The position numbers were made by a program, and so were the translations under genes. Positions 11,413 to 30,016 of a stretch of 64,000 bases of DNA are shown here, piece after piece. The notes beneath the pieces were generated by a model, which saw only the letters and a list, made by a program, of their open reading frames with translations, had not been told where the DNA came from and searched no databases. The DNA comes from Antedon mediterranea. Lineage: Eukaryota > Animalia > Echinodermata. Where the stretch lies: contig NC_092671.1 of the NCBI RefSeq assembly GCF_964355755.1, positions 15,557,742 to 15,621,741 on the forward strand. Direction: 5' to 3'. Each line of letters opens with the position of its first letter. The stretch's first letter is position 1.

Positions 11413-13176
11413 TGACCTTTGACTTTCAACCTCAAATTTAACCATCAAATCCACTTTCAACATGAGCAGTACAATATCGGATAGAATTAATTAAGATCGT
11501 TCATTTGTAGAGAAAAGATATATTTTCAAGATAAAGATATATTTGAGGTTTATATATCATAATTAAGTGATCATGTTAATAATAGATAAATTTATAAAGT
11601 ACATATAAACTAGGTCTGTACGTATGTGCTCAACAACTGGAAAGAAAAGTGACTGAAGAATGTAGAGAGCCACCAAGGTACCACCCTAACCAGTGTGGTA
11701 ACCAAATATCTGTGTGTATGCCATTCCTGAAATCTCTTCATTGATCCAGTGCCAAAAGTCTTGAGATGTTTATAATTTAAGATAGTCAATGAAGGAGTGG
11801 TGTTAAAGCAACACCCAGAAATAATTGAGGTCAAAAGTTGTAGATCTCCGTACCCAAATAGTTGCAAGACTAAAACAATGTATAGCTGATGCCAACACAG
11901 TCAATAGTGACTATGATGCCAGCCATATTTGTTTGGTAAGGCATCCTACATAATTGGTTGGCAAGAACTACACCATCTACATTCTTGTGAATTTGAAATT
12001 GCTGCAACCATATTTTATCATTTCAGGAATTTTTATCAAAAAGGTTCTGTGTAATTTATACATAATACTGTTAAATGTTTTGCGGTATTTTGTGTATCAA
12101 TTCTGAAACTTTCGACAGGACCATGGTCATTTTTCCAAAAGACACAGACTATAATTTGAAGGCTTCTTGGGCCAGGTCAACTGATTTTCTCGGTTATGAA
12201 AATATTAGTTACGCGTTAAAACGTTTTTGTAAATCAGTGATTCTATCTCGATCAACAAAGCATGAGGCTATAATGATAGCGCTTTACAAGGTTTGAATCT
12301 GCAAAAACAATACAAGTGAAGTGAAAATAGCACACAAGTAAAAAGGTGCACAAAAAGAAAAGAAATCATAAAAAAACAATAGGACTTCGTCTTTCAATTC
12401 TTCAAGTTTACAATCTGCCACAATGTGCTAAACATTTATTTAGTAGTGTAAGTATATAAAAACAATGGTCATTTTGTAAAAACTTTGGACTTCAGTGCTG
12501 TGTGGATCGCAAGTAAATACTAGTGAGTTGAGGTGCAGTATCATCAATGGCAGTACAGCTCTTCATAGTAATGTGCAAGCTAGACTAGGTTCTAGCATGT
12601 AATAAAAAAATAAATATTTTGGCACATATGGCATTTCATACGCATACTATAATACTTACAATTATGTATTTTGAGACAAAAATTGAAACGTCGACGAGAC
12701 ACTAATTACAGAATTGGGGCAAGTCTATGTGCAAGCATGCAAAGAAGAAGATTTGGAACTTCATACTGTAGATAAGAATGCTAAACATTTAAATTTGTTT
12801 TAGTAATTGAAACTTTGTAGCTAACAATTTATAAAATCCATCTTTGAAAAAAGGAGATTCTTTTTAAAATTGCACAGCGTTGTGGATATTTATAGTTGAA
12901 ATATAAAATAATTGTTATATGTAGAAAATAGTATAGTACAATATTAGTTGTCATGGTGAATGAACATAACAGTTGACAAAAATAAACAAAATGTGAAAGC
13001 CATGAATAATGATATACGGTTTTCAAAATAAATGCTGTATTTATGTTAGAAAGTGCAGAAGTATTTAGATATATATTTATTGGAAAATATGAAGAAATAT
13101 TTAATATATTTAATTAAATGTATGTCCTATTTCAGAATACTTCAAATTGGTTTTCCATTTGTAATAGTTTATGTAT

Positions 13177-13432
13177 TAGAATTTAGGCATGATCTATATA
13201 AGTATTATACATAAGGAACAGAAGTGCATCCGTTTTTAATATATATACTTTATTTACAAGTTTTTCCAGTTTAGGTATAATGTCTGCCTAAACCAAAATA
13301 GAAAATATTTAGGCATGATCTATACAAGTACACTTGTACATAAGAAACAGAAGTGCATCCGTTTTTAATATATACTTTATTTACAAGTTTTTCCAGTTTA
13401 GGTATAATGTCTGCCTGAACCAGTTTAATCTG
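13177..13432. repeat. About 125-bp tandem repeat x2
   Basis: tttaggcatgatctata...gtgcatccgtttttaatatata...ccagtttaggtataatgtctgcct is repeated. Confidence 0.8.
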
Positions 13433-15039
13433 AAATTACTATAATATTTATATAACTAAAAGAAAGTGTGGTAATTTAATTTGTTCTTGCCAAATTTACA
13501 ATCATAAACATCTTTTATTTAGTGCAATTTTTTAAAATCCTGCCAATACATAATAAAGTTATGTATTCTGAAAAGAGAGACAGTTGTACTTCTGACCTAT
13601 GGGAATAAATTAGCATAAAGGTTGTTTTGTTTTAATTAAATGTGTTAAGCATTATATCATTTATGAATCAATAATATTTATAGTAATATTAAATTTATAT
13701 TTCACATGGGAATACAATGACATAAGTTGTATTACATTATCTTGCTATTAATTTCTATGATTTAATTGATTGTTAAAAAACAGATATAGTTTAGTTACAA
13801 AGTTACATAATGCAAATATCATCAAAACACACATTATGTCAGTGAAAATAAATTATTTCAACTCTTATTATAAGATAGACAAAATCTACTAAAATGTTTT
13901 TTGTAAACGTCAAGTGCTTATTTTTTATAATATATGATTTAATGCAATTCAACATTTTTGTTTGTTTGTACACTCTTTCATATTTTGATTTCCCCACAAA
14001 AACATATTTAATGAATTGTTTATTCTATATAAAATTATTTTTATTTGATTAATGACCCTATTTTTAAATAAAATACTGTAAATTTTTTTTATTGAATCTT
14101 TTTATAACCTATTGTTTTTATGTTTGATTAAATCAAATGATGGTTACAATGATCTGTTTTTAAGAATATATTTAAGGTCCTACTATTGTGTAAACTTGTT
14201 GTACAGAAATACCCCGTGTTGAATTTTGTTTGTAAAATATTTATTCTTGCCATTTTTATGTAAATATGTAATAATTAAGTTTATTTAATATCTTTATTTA
14301 AAACATTTCAGTAGTTTAATAATGTCCTACTTTTTTTACGTCTGTTGTACGCTCTCTGGCAAATAAAATCACATCTCAATACGCCAATATTGTTTATATG
14401 CACGTAGCAGCATGGAGAGTGTCGCTAATTCTGTATGCAAAATCTGACATAAACCTGTTCTGATTGTTTTCTAACAGAAAATAGTTATTTATCCTCTATT
14501 CTCTGGACATTTTATTAAAATTCCAATGTTTATAGTGTCATCATTTTTTTTTATGTATATTCAGTTTAGTATTTTTGTAAATGATAATGAGCAATATTTA
14601 TGAACAAAATAAATACATATTGTCAATTTGTAGTCTGTGTGACTATTTTTATGTTTGTAGGATGAATATTTTTGTACAAACTTATTAATTCACCACATGT
14701 GTTTTCACATTGCAATGTGCATTTAAATATATATGGATAATATCCTTATTAATTTAGTGGGTCCACACAGTACAAATACCTGTCGCTATTCATTACAATG
14801 ACTTGCTTTTCTTAATCTATAATTTCAAACCTGCTACTTGCATGTCTTTGTACATTCAGTTGGATATAATAATTCACATCTTGTTTAATGTGAGCATACA
14901 GTGTTATTGATTATTGTTTTTTCCCTAGTGTACATATAGGTGTCAATACAGCACTTGTTTATGCTAGAGCACTGCGCAGTTTGATTTGTATTAAAAATAC
15001 AGGTAGTACCATTGTTGTATGATACATCGTAGTACGATT

Positions 15040-15520
15040 CTAGATGATGCCTTTAATATTTGTAAAAAGACATGGCGTGTCATACTTATCCTATACTTTA
15101 GTTACAAACAATACTTGGGACAAGTCTAGATGCATTGTTTTTTTTTTTAATGTGCATGAGATAATACATGAATAAGTTTCATACTACATGGCGTGTCATA
15201 CTTATCCTATACTTTAGTTACAAACAAAACTGAAGTTGTTGCCACTTGTAAATGGATACTAAAAACGTAGAAAGATACTTGGGGCAAGTCTAGATGCATT
15301 GTTTTTTTTTTTTTAATGTGCATGAGATAATACATGAATAAGTTTCATACTACATGGCGTGTCATACTTATCCTATACTTTAGTTACAAACAAAACTAAA
15401 GTTGTTGCCACTTGTAAATGGATACTAAAGACGTAGAAAGATACTTGGGGCAAGTGTAGATGCATTGTTTCTTTTTTTAATGCACATGAGATAATACATG
15501 AATAATTCTCATACTTGAAA
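15040..15520. repeat. About 167-bp tandem repeat, about 2.8 copies
   Basis: atggcgtgtcatacttatcctatactttagttacaaaca...gatgcattgttttttt...aatgtgcatgagataatacatgaataagtttcatac is repeated. Confidence 0.8.
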
Positions 15521-18500
15521 ATCCAGGTTAAGTTATAAAACATGCCTGGTGGGCATATAAAAGGTTTGGATTGTCGCTATCGAGTATGGTAAATTGGAAA
15601 CGATAGCAAAATAATAAAAAACATCATTCTTGAAGCTACTTCAATTTATTTAACTGAAACATGTAGACTGTTCAATCATGAAATTACAAATTCAATTATT
15701 GTTTACTAATATTTTCAAAGGTTTCTACATTGAATATAGGATGTATATATATATTTTTTATTTTGGAATTCACAGTAATCATTTTTATAGCAAAACAATA
15801 TTTTACTAATATCACCCTCTGTGTAATAATGGAATATATGTTACTACTATGAAACCCCCCCTTTATTAGTAGACTTTTCCATGTAATAAAAACATGGATA
15901 ATTTGTTCACAACAAAAATATATATTTATTTATCATGACAATTGGAAAAAACAAATAAAATGACAGTCCTCGAGACATAATTGAGAATTAACACTTGGAA
16001 TAATAACTGTATTATCTATTATCATTTATGAACATCAGCATTTTAGACATCACTTAACACGCATGTACATAAATTCATTCATCGGCTAGAATGTTAACTT
16101 CTAAACCGACTAGAAATTTTAAGTCTTTATTTTTACAAAACTTGTACAGTTTTAATGTACAGTAAATAGTCTACAAAAATCAACAGAAATTGCTAATATA
16201 ATCGTAACAACAAAAATGACAAAAAACAATAAATTAAAAATATTTTGGATTTCTCTATTAAATGTTCCGGGAATAATACTTTGCAATTGCCTCATACGTA
16301 ACGGATGTTTTTGGAAATAATGCATACCGTACATTGTTCATTTACGTAACTTAGAATAAAACAATTTAGCACTACAAATACAAATATCTACAATTGATTT
16401 TTAACAGAATTGACATGACAAGCCATTTATGTTGGTAGTGAACATTAGGGTATGCAAACCTATCTATCTACCTATCAAAAATGTTATTGCAAAAATTATT
16501 TTTAGGACACAAAAATAACTTGGTTTTAAAGTAGGTATTTAAGAAATGCGTACTGCTATTTTATATTTCATCATAGACTATGTAGTAAGCCTAGATTGAA
16601 AATTGTCAATAGTATTAACCATGTTAAATTGCAAATGTTTGTTGCACCTTTTCGTTCACATCAATCTATGTTGTCGGTCTTTGGTCCATAAAATATAACT
16701 GTACCACAAATTTTAAACTACCTGTACTGAATAATCTAACAGTTTGGTTGTTCTTCTAATGACATAAATATCGGAATGAGAAATGGGACCAAATGTTTGT
16801 AAAAGAAAATACTATACTCAAGTACAGTAAACAACAGACATCCAGCCAGATACTGGAAATGGGTCAACTATGGGAAGGGGGTGGGGTTTAGATGCAACTA
16901 GAGGACCAAAAATGTAGTTGGTTAGCCTTCTTTTAAACCAAAAACACTGCATTTCTGACAAAGCAAGAAGCCTTATGACTGATAAATACTGATCGAGTTG
17001 CAATGTATGTATGGTAATGACAATTTAAGATGTAAAATTCATAATAAGGGCTTACAATGTAATGAGTTTAAAATTCACTTTACATGGTTTATCCATTTAT
17101 TTACACTGGACTGTGATTTTACAAAACTACCTTCAGTGGATTTGGGAACAAATAAAAAGTGAAACAAATAACAGAATTTGTATACAATATTTATCAGTAT
17201 TATTATTCAGGATTTGTTTTTAAAATCAAGTAGCAGTATTTATTGCATTTAATTAACATACAATATTAATTAATTAGTGAAGAAAGCTCTATAATACACC
17301 AAATGCCTGATGATCCACAATCAAAAAATACTAAATGAAAAACAAAAATCATTTTTTATATACTCAAGGCTAGAATAGTAGAATTATACAAATTAAATAA
17401 AAATAGTGTATTAGGTGGTTATACTGTGTTTTGTGGCTGTTGTTGTTCTCATTAAACTATTATATGCCAGCAAATTTACAAGCACTGGGTATTGCTTTAC
17501 AGGAGTGTGTATATTTGTCAAGCTAGATACTAAGATACCAAGGCTAAGTCAATGCTTTGTAATATTTTATTCTGGGGCTTGTTTTAACAGCTAGCATGTT
17601 TTTCTGCAGAAACAGAAAACTGTTTTTGAAATGCATATTTCAACACAATCATTGTAAGGTTGACATTCAAGTACTGCAACACATACGCAATTAACTGTGT
17701 GTTAGCAATAACCTGTCATGTCAATGATCCAAACAATCTTGTTTGTACATTTACTATGCAAATTGCAAACAGTAACATACTTTATGTGTACTTATGTTTT
17801 CTTTAGCCACTACATAGACAAATATCGTAATATAAGCGGCAAAGGGAAGAATTACATACATTCAGGTTTAACACCCAGAATCTTGTACCAAACATCTAGT
17901 ATATCAGTCTAATTAAACACCACTTTCAAATTTCAGTATTTCACTAGTTTATGTCTGCAAGGAAAAAACATATTATTGGTGTAATTTTTAAACAGAGAGT
18001 TACAGTAAATGTTTGTTGTGCATCAAAATCTGTTTTTAACTTGAAACATTCAACACAAGTAAAAAAAAACAATAACTAATATATACTGATAATTATACAA
18101 TATTATTGTGCAATGATTAACAACCAAAAATTATATAAAAATAAAAAAAACAAAAAAATAATGGACAGGCCGATAAATATCGTGGACCAATTCCATAACC
18201 ATCAGTTGAAGGTTCCATTAATTATCCCATTTTCTTTCCTAAATTTATTGTTCCATTTTCATTGAATCCTGTAGGTGTAAGGTGCTTGTGTGGGTTCTGC
18301 TGGCTGCGAAACACAACGGTGATAACGCCAACAGTTTGGCACGCAATATTCATCCACTTCAGTACCACATCCATTTACTATATACAAATTTATCTGGATC
18401 TGGTAACTCCTTATACAAACGCAACTCGCGTCATTATTTGTAGCGATATTAATCTGCTACAATTAATAGTTGATGTGATCATAGATGTTTTTGTTTCCAC

Positions 18501-18552
18501 AATGCAATAGGATTCTATTATTGACAGATTCAAGAATATAATTGATTAAGCT

Positions 18553-23589
<5,037 letters not shown>

Positions 23590-23839
23590 CTTTTTAGCGA
23601 CTACACTGTAAGCTTCCAACAACTCCTTTCACCTACAACTTCCGGATTCAAAAACCCGTTAGTTTCACAGATCAACAATGGTAGGTGAATATACCGGAGG
23701 AAAAATAGTCAAATATTTTATTGCAATAATACTTTTATAAAATATATGCTCTATAAATGTAGCTGTTCAAACGTCGATGCCTAAGATTTTGTGTGATATT
23801 TTGTATGATTCATTCACTTGAATTTTAGATGACGTTCAC

Positions 23840-23950
23840 ATCGACGACAGCAGATATGGCGGAGTTCAATTTCTAAACGCCCCTTTTTCTAGTTCACTGC
23901 GCATGCAGTGACGTAATCTGTACGCAGCAATTGAAGTAACTGCCCCGGAT
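23840..23950 (-). promoter_or_regulatory. Candidate Rab11 core promoter / CpG-rich segment
   Basis: A local CpG cluster in otherwise AT-rich DNA, 250-350 bp upstream of the Rab11 ATG. It contains the palindrome CTGCGCATGCAG (NRF-1-like GCGCATGCGC core) followed directly by TGACGTAA (CRE/ATF-like). Confidence 0.3.
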
Positions 23951-25029
23951 GTATAACAATAGACAAATTATGCAGTAAATTTATAAAAACAAATTCCCTT
24001 TGTTACTTTTCTTTCCTTTAGAAATTATTGTAGGCCTAATAATAGGACGGAAATCTGCATTGATAATACTACGTGCTCAATTCATATAAAACACATTAAT
24101 GGTTTTATGATAATGCTTATTTTATAAAGTATCGTCATAGTTTATTTGTTTTATCTCATTTAAAATACCTACGATTATCATGCAAAACACAGCAACTTAT
24201 GTAAAACGTGTACACGAGAAGTTACTATTGATTCTCTTTCAAAAATGTTTCTTAACATCTGGAATGCAAATAACATAAACATACTAGAATAGTACAATGT
24301 TTTAGGCCTACTACATTTATTACGTGACAGACTTAATATTGAAAACTTTTGGGCAGATGCATTATATTTTGTACAACAAATACCATTCATTTTTGTTCCC
24401 CATGAAACTTTTTTAAAGATGATCAATCACTGTGATCTCTAACTGTTTAAATAATGTTTTATAGTAGAATAATATGGTGTGCTTCGCAAGTGGCCTCGGA
24501 CATCATTGTGGCCAGGATGGTTCGTTTGTTTCCTTTTGAGGTACGTCCCGGAACATCCGATCATGTCCACCATTACTGCTACACAAGCGAAGAGTAAACA
24601 TAGCTGTAAGCATATCACAACCACCAGGTATTTAAAACCATTATGGTGATTGTCTCGCAAAATAAATTTGCCTCTTCTATGACGAATTTTCCAAAAATTG
24701 CATATTATTTTAGGAAAAAATGTTCTGTAAAATTAATTCCTAAAATTCTAATACTGTATTTCATAATAAATAACATACATTTAGGCTCGACGGTAAATGT
24801 ATCATTCAATCATAATTTTAGGTGATGTTGTATTCGGGTCCTTGCATAAGTAAACAATTTCGCGTTTAGGTTACGCAATGCGCAATTCATTTAGGCCTAT
24901 TTATAAAAACCCGGAAACAACTGAAAATACATCACTTTCGTGCCTATGAATAACTAGAAATAGAAACCCATTTCAATAATTAAATCAACATTTTAAAAAC
25001 TAGGACAACACAATCCAAACTCATCCTCC

Positions 25030-25204
25030 TTAAGTGTTCTGATAGCTTAGGTTTTTGCCGTATGGATCAGAGCGCACCCAAACGTAATCGTAACGTTTAC
25101 GTTGTTCATAAAAATAGCAACCAGCCATACAACAGCAACATACAACGCCCACGAACGTAACGAAACTGACAATGCTAACAGCTACCACAACTATTAACCA
25201 TACT
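25030..25204 (-). CDS. Small Cys-rich TM protein exon 3 (TM, CCCC, tail, stop)
   Basis: Acceptor ttcattttcag|agtatgg; stop TAA at 25032-25030. Confidence 0.55.
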
Positions 25205-26222
25205 CTGAAAATGAAAGTATATTCACATTATTATTATTATTATTATTTCATTTTATGTGTTTAAAAATTATAATATATTATTTATTAAATGATGCGTTTC
25301 TTTCGTTTCCACATTAATCAACACACATCTTCTTTCTTGGATGAGGACATGGCAAAATCAGCATGTCATGTTACAAGAGTAGTCAAAACAATAGGCCTAT
25401 AGATTATCTAATAAAAATCCTAGAAAGTAGGAAACATTTTGCCATTTTGTTCCCTGACTGACTACTCTTTAGAATTTTAGAGGCCAATTAGGCTTAAAAA
25501 TATTGTCTCCCACCCCTGACAAAAAATGTTGTTTGTTGAATATGCCATTTTCTAATGTCATTATTAACTTGAACCAATTGGATGGTAAAAATAATTTTTT
25601 AAATTGACAGTGCCGTCCAATGGAGGTTTTTGCTTGATAATTATTTTGTCTTTTCATATAGTGGTATAAGTAGTAGTATTAGGTCTTTTTATGATACCAA
25701 CATTTTTAATTTTAATATTAAATAACGAATTATTGTTCATGTTTTTGGACCATCATCTTTGATATTACACTTAGGCCTATGGTTATGGTCATTTTTATTT
25801 GTTCGCCGCTCTGTCTATGTCTTATCTGTCGTTCGTTGTCGATCGTTTCTTTAATAAAAAAGAACATTTTTTTAAATTGAACTTACTCGTATGATTCTAC
25901 ACAACATGAATCATGGTTATTGATTTTACAGCACTTTGTTTCTGACGGTGAATCATCTGGTCGTGGACAAATAGGAACGGTAAAACCGTTCGGACATTGG
26001 TCAGACAGAGTATCTATACAAAAAAAAATGCATTTGGAAGCAGATATAAATGTAGCGAAAAAGTCATTAACCTTTTCATATTGTACGACGAAACTAGATC
26101 TGTTCCGATAATGTACTAGGCTAATATATACTGTACTATAATTATTAATAAACTGGTGCCTTAATATAGAAGTTACCTGTAATCAAAATGAATATCACGA
26201 TGCATATTGGAACGAATTTCAT
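25030..26222 (-). CDS. Small secreted/single-pass Cys-rich membrane protein, 115 aa, unknown family (architecture loosely CYYR1/Shisa-like)
   Basis: Three minus-strand exons with GT-AG introns and continuous phase: 26177-26222 (MKFVPICIVIFILIT, signal peptide), 25887-26013 (DTLSDQCPNGFTVPICPRPDDSPSETKCCKINNHDSCCVESYE), 25030-25204 (EVWLIVVVAVSIVSFVTFVGVV-CCCC-MAGCYFYEQRKRYDYVWVRSDPYGKNLSYQNT then stop). Total 348 nt. A TATA-like GATAAAAAGG lies on the minus strand at about 26398-26407. Confidence 0.55.
25887..26013 (-). CDS. Small Cys-rich TM protein exon 2 (6-Cys ectodomain)
   Basis: Acceptor ttttttttgtatag|atactctg; donor tacga|gtaagt. Confidence 0.5.
26177..26222 (-). CDS. Small Cys-rich TM protein exon 1 (signal peptide)
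   Basis: ATG at 26222; donor ttacag|gtaactt. Confidence 0.5.
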
Positions 26223-26397
26223 CTTTCTTTGTTGTATTTAAAGTTAACAAATATATACGACGTTTTTAAACAAGAGAGTGTTCTAACAAGGAAGTAAAAC
26301 AGAAAATATAAGTTTACTGTACTCACATCTTCCTGTTATTCGAGAGTACGCTTCACTGCACCACCGAGTTCGAAATACAGTAAGTAAGTAAGTAGAA

Positions 26398-26407
26398 GGA
26401 CGCCACC
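26398..26407 (-). promoter_or_regulatory. TATA-like box upstream of the small Cys-rich gene
   Basis: Minus strand reads GATAAAAAGG, about 180 bp upstream of the ATG. Confidence 0.3.
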
Positions 26408-27038
26408 TTTTTATCGTCGGCTTGTAATTAGATCATTATTATCATTTTACAACAATATTTTGTAAGTTTATTTATATTTTTTAATAAGAAATAAATATTT
26501 AAAAATAAAAGCAACCTTTTTTATTATATTATCTATTATTTCAGTGAATATTTGATATGATTATCTTATTATAAAAAAAAAAAAAAAAAACAATGTTGAA
26601 AAGACAAACCGGTCACTTTTAAATTTTGTAAAAACGTCATTGAGTTGTTCGTCGTCGATGGTGTTGGTGCGGTGGATCGTCAGATAGATAGGCCTAGGAC
26701 ATATAGGCCTAGGTGAGTTACTAAATTGCGTATAATATGAACTTTTTCTTAATTTTACAATAAGCGTACATGATGGGAGAAAAGTTTAGGTTTGAATTAT
26801 GGTAACCATAGGCCTAGCTAAGCCCTAATTAGTAATAATAATTATAAATCTATCGATTGGTTGGTCTTTTTTAAAAATCTTTATGCCTAGGGCCTAGGCC
26901 TAGCAGTAGCTAGCTGCCCTAGGGCTATGGCTAGGGCGGCCTAATACTAATTATAGCTAGGCCCTGGCTGGCTGTGATGGCCTATCTATTTAATTATAAT
27001 ATCACCTAGGCTAGACCTGAGCTTATTAGGCCTGAGTA

Positions 27039-30016
27039 GGGCGCTACTGCAGTTTCGCACCACACCGTGGTATCTTCGATTTCTCACCTAAACTTTCGTT
27101 TTTTACACTCACAACATAATATTATGTAACATGTTTATACGATTCGACCACTTACGAAGTAATTTTTTTAAAATAACAATACTTTTCAAAACATTTTAAA
27201 CAATACTGAACTCGCTGTCAACACACTGCGAAATGTTCGCCATCTTATATTTATCACTTAATTGCCAGAATTTATGCTTCATTTTACCCCAAAAATTGTA
27301 GAAACTATAGAGGGCAGTGTTATAAACGCTTACACATATAGGCCTACCCTATTTAGTTTTGAAAAGCAAGAAATGTTTTCAGCTGGCGAAATAAAGGTTA
27401 AATTAATATTTAATTGTTAGTATTACTATTAATATTTATATCGCCGTGCTGGGGTAGCACTAACATTTCATTTTGTTTAGCCATTTGGCGAAAGTCAAAA
27501 TATTTTTTTTAGTCAAATCAGTTTATCTATAGTCAAACTGGCTAAAGTCAAATTTTTTTATTTAGCCAAATGAATCGGTTTATAGCCAAAATTTAAAATT
27601 TTTGAAATATAGTGGTAAAAACATTTTAGTCAATTTATCTATGTCAACAGGTCTATACACTGTTCCCTGAAGATTTTTGTAAGGCATTGAGATAAAGAAC
27701 CATGCCTAAATCACTGTATGATTAAAAAAAATATTTTTTTTGTATTTTTTTTACATGATCAAAACAATTGTTCAAATTGTTTTTTAATCATACAGCATTC
27801 ATACAGTTATCAATTTAATAAGAAACATTTTACAGTTTTCTGAAATCCCCTGAACGCTATGTTACTTTTGTTTTTTACGCTTGGCTGGTCATGTTTGCGT
27901 GTGACGGCTTCCATGGCGTACCAGGCGAAAATCGTGTCCTAGAATCACTCAGAATCACCGCCGCGCAGCCGGTTAATGTTTTTAAATTGGGTATGCTCAA
28001 GAGGTGCGAAAGTGCAGAACCACCGGCCTAGGCCTACATAATTATGTACAACAACGCAACGGTCTATCGTATGCTAAAAATATTGAGGAAAATTCCTAGC
28101 AAACGAACACTTGTATCGTTGTTAAACGTAAGATAATATAGGCCAAAGCACAGAGTACACGTACGTCAAGGCTGCGCCGAAGCGTTTCTGTCAGGGCGAG
28201 AAATTTATCCCAATTATTATTTATTTACACAACACAGAAGCCGGCGGCCGGCCCCGCTCAGATGCACGTGTGTGTTTAGCTAAATCCCCGTTAGACTCTA
28301 CCATTTCCCGCATGTTGTTTTGTTTACACTGACGCACGAGCGAAGTTTATTAAGGGTAAAATATGAAACTACATTAAATTGGAAGACTCTAAAATGCATA
28401 ACGCATACATTTTTCATTTCGATAAGATTAAGACGTCATTCATCGAAGATACTATACAGTAATGTTTCTTTTTAATCTGAAAAGTACACCCCTATCGAAA
28501 TATAGACAATCCCGGTAATTAGCCGACCGTCGGCTACGTAGTCGATCGTTTGTGCAGCGCACAACACGTGATAGTTTGGGTAGACTTCATCATCCATGTG
28601 TCGTGTAAAGTCTGTCTCTCTGTGCAGTCTACCTCTGCTATCTCCATCTTCGAAATAACAAAGAGACGCCTGGTACACCGAAACAAGTTGACGAAAAATG
28701 GAGCTTGAAGTAAACAACGTGATAACGAACAAAATAAATGCTTGGAGATCGACAAATGGACCTTTTAGTTGGACTTTATGCTTTCGCCAAAATGATTATT
28801 GAATTATCTATTTTATCATATGTCATCGCCAAAATGGCTAAAGTAGCCGTTTTATTTTTCGCCAATCTAGAAACGTTTTCGCCCATGGCGACTTGGCGAT
28901 CGGCCAGTGCGAGCATAGCCGTGGTTAGGATTCCGGCACCGGAACTCAACTGCCCACCATTAGGGAATCCGACACGCTATTGTGCATGCCCAGAGCTCTC
29001 GGAAGTGAATTATAGCTTGTGCCACACACCACACTAGTACCTGAGAGGATTTACTGTAGCCTATTTAGTCGTTGCGCGAGCAAGAGAGCGATGGATAAAA
29101 CTTGGCCTAGGCCATACATGAATTAATAATTAAAATACGACTACTTCACGCATTAAAATAATTATTATGATATTAATAAGAATCAGTATCTATCTACCGT
29201 AAGAATCGTAATGCTGTAGTAGCATTGCGACCCCCAGTTTTTTAAACATCCACGCGGTGGCTGCCGTCAACAAATTAACTTGTGATTGCATGTTATGTAC
29301 AGTTATAATGCGTTATATGAAAAATCATAAATCTAGTCAACTCATGTAATTATATAATTCATAATTATATGAAGTTTATATATGAATGAAGCAACCACTT
29401 TTTAATTACAAAATAAATAGGCCCACTGGTCACGTCTAGCTGGTAGGCCTAGCCTATAGTATTTACTATTAGTGGATCCCGTATTAGTTGGCATCTACGC
29501 TAGTTCGCCCCGTGGCGGAGCTATGAAATGATCCATCGCTGTTGATAAAGTATAGAGTCGCCGATTACCGGCTCTCTGGGCATGCGCAACAGCGTTTCGG
29601 ATTCCCTAACGGTGGGCAGTTGAGTTCCGGTGCCGGAATCCTAACCACGGCGTATTTATATTAATGGTTCCTATCAATGTTTTATGTACGGACTCATATC
29701 GTCGCCGTTTTGATATGTACAGCTGGTTCTTTATAAAACCACTCTAATTTGCAGTTTAAAAATAAAAACAGAAAATAAAACATACATTGATTTCTGGCAA
29801 TTTTCTGAATCTAAAATGGCCACAGTTCAATCGAAGTTTTCGCGAAAAAAGGAGTTGTTTTGAAAGGCATTTTTATTGTGATAAAGGTAATATAACGGTG
29901 GCTAAATCATGGGAACATGTTACATAATGGCCCAAAATTGTATGATGTGAGTGCGAGAAAAAAATGAAGCAAGAAATCGAAGATATAACAGTGTGGTGCG
30001 AAACTGCAGTAGCGCC
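27039..30016. mobile_element. hAT-like non-autonomous DNA transposon, about 2.98 kb (TIR GGCGCTACTGCAGTTTCGCACCACAC), 8-bp TSD CTGAGTAG
   Basis: 27039 gggcgctactgcagtttcgcaccacac ... gtgtggtgcgaaactgcagtagcgccc 30016. The flanking octamer ctgagtag is present on both sides. There are sub-terminal inverted repeats (28900-28990 versus 29565-29650) and internal palindromes (27715-27795). No intact transposase ORF. Confidence 0.75.

Noticed and set aside
28472-29037. Three overlapping ORFs of 70-99 aa inside the 2.98-kb hAT-like element
   Set aside because: They are too short for a transposase, overlap the internal inverted repeats, and carry no DDE or zinc-finger motifs. The element is treated as non-autonomous.
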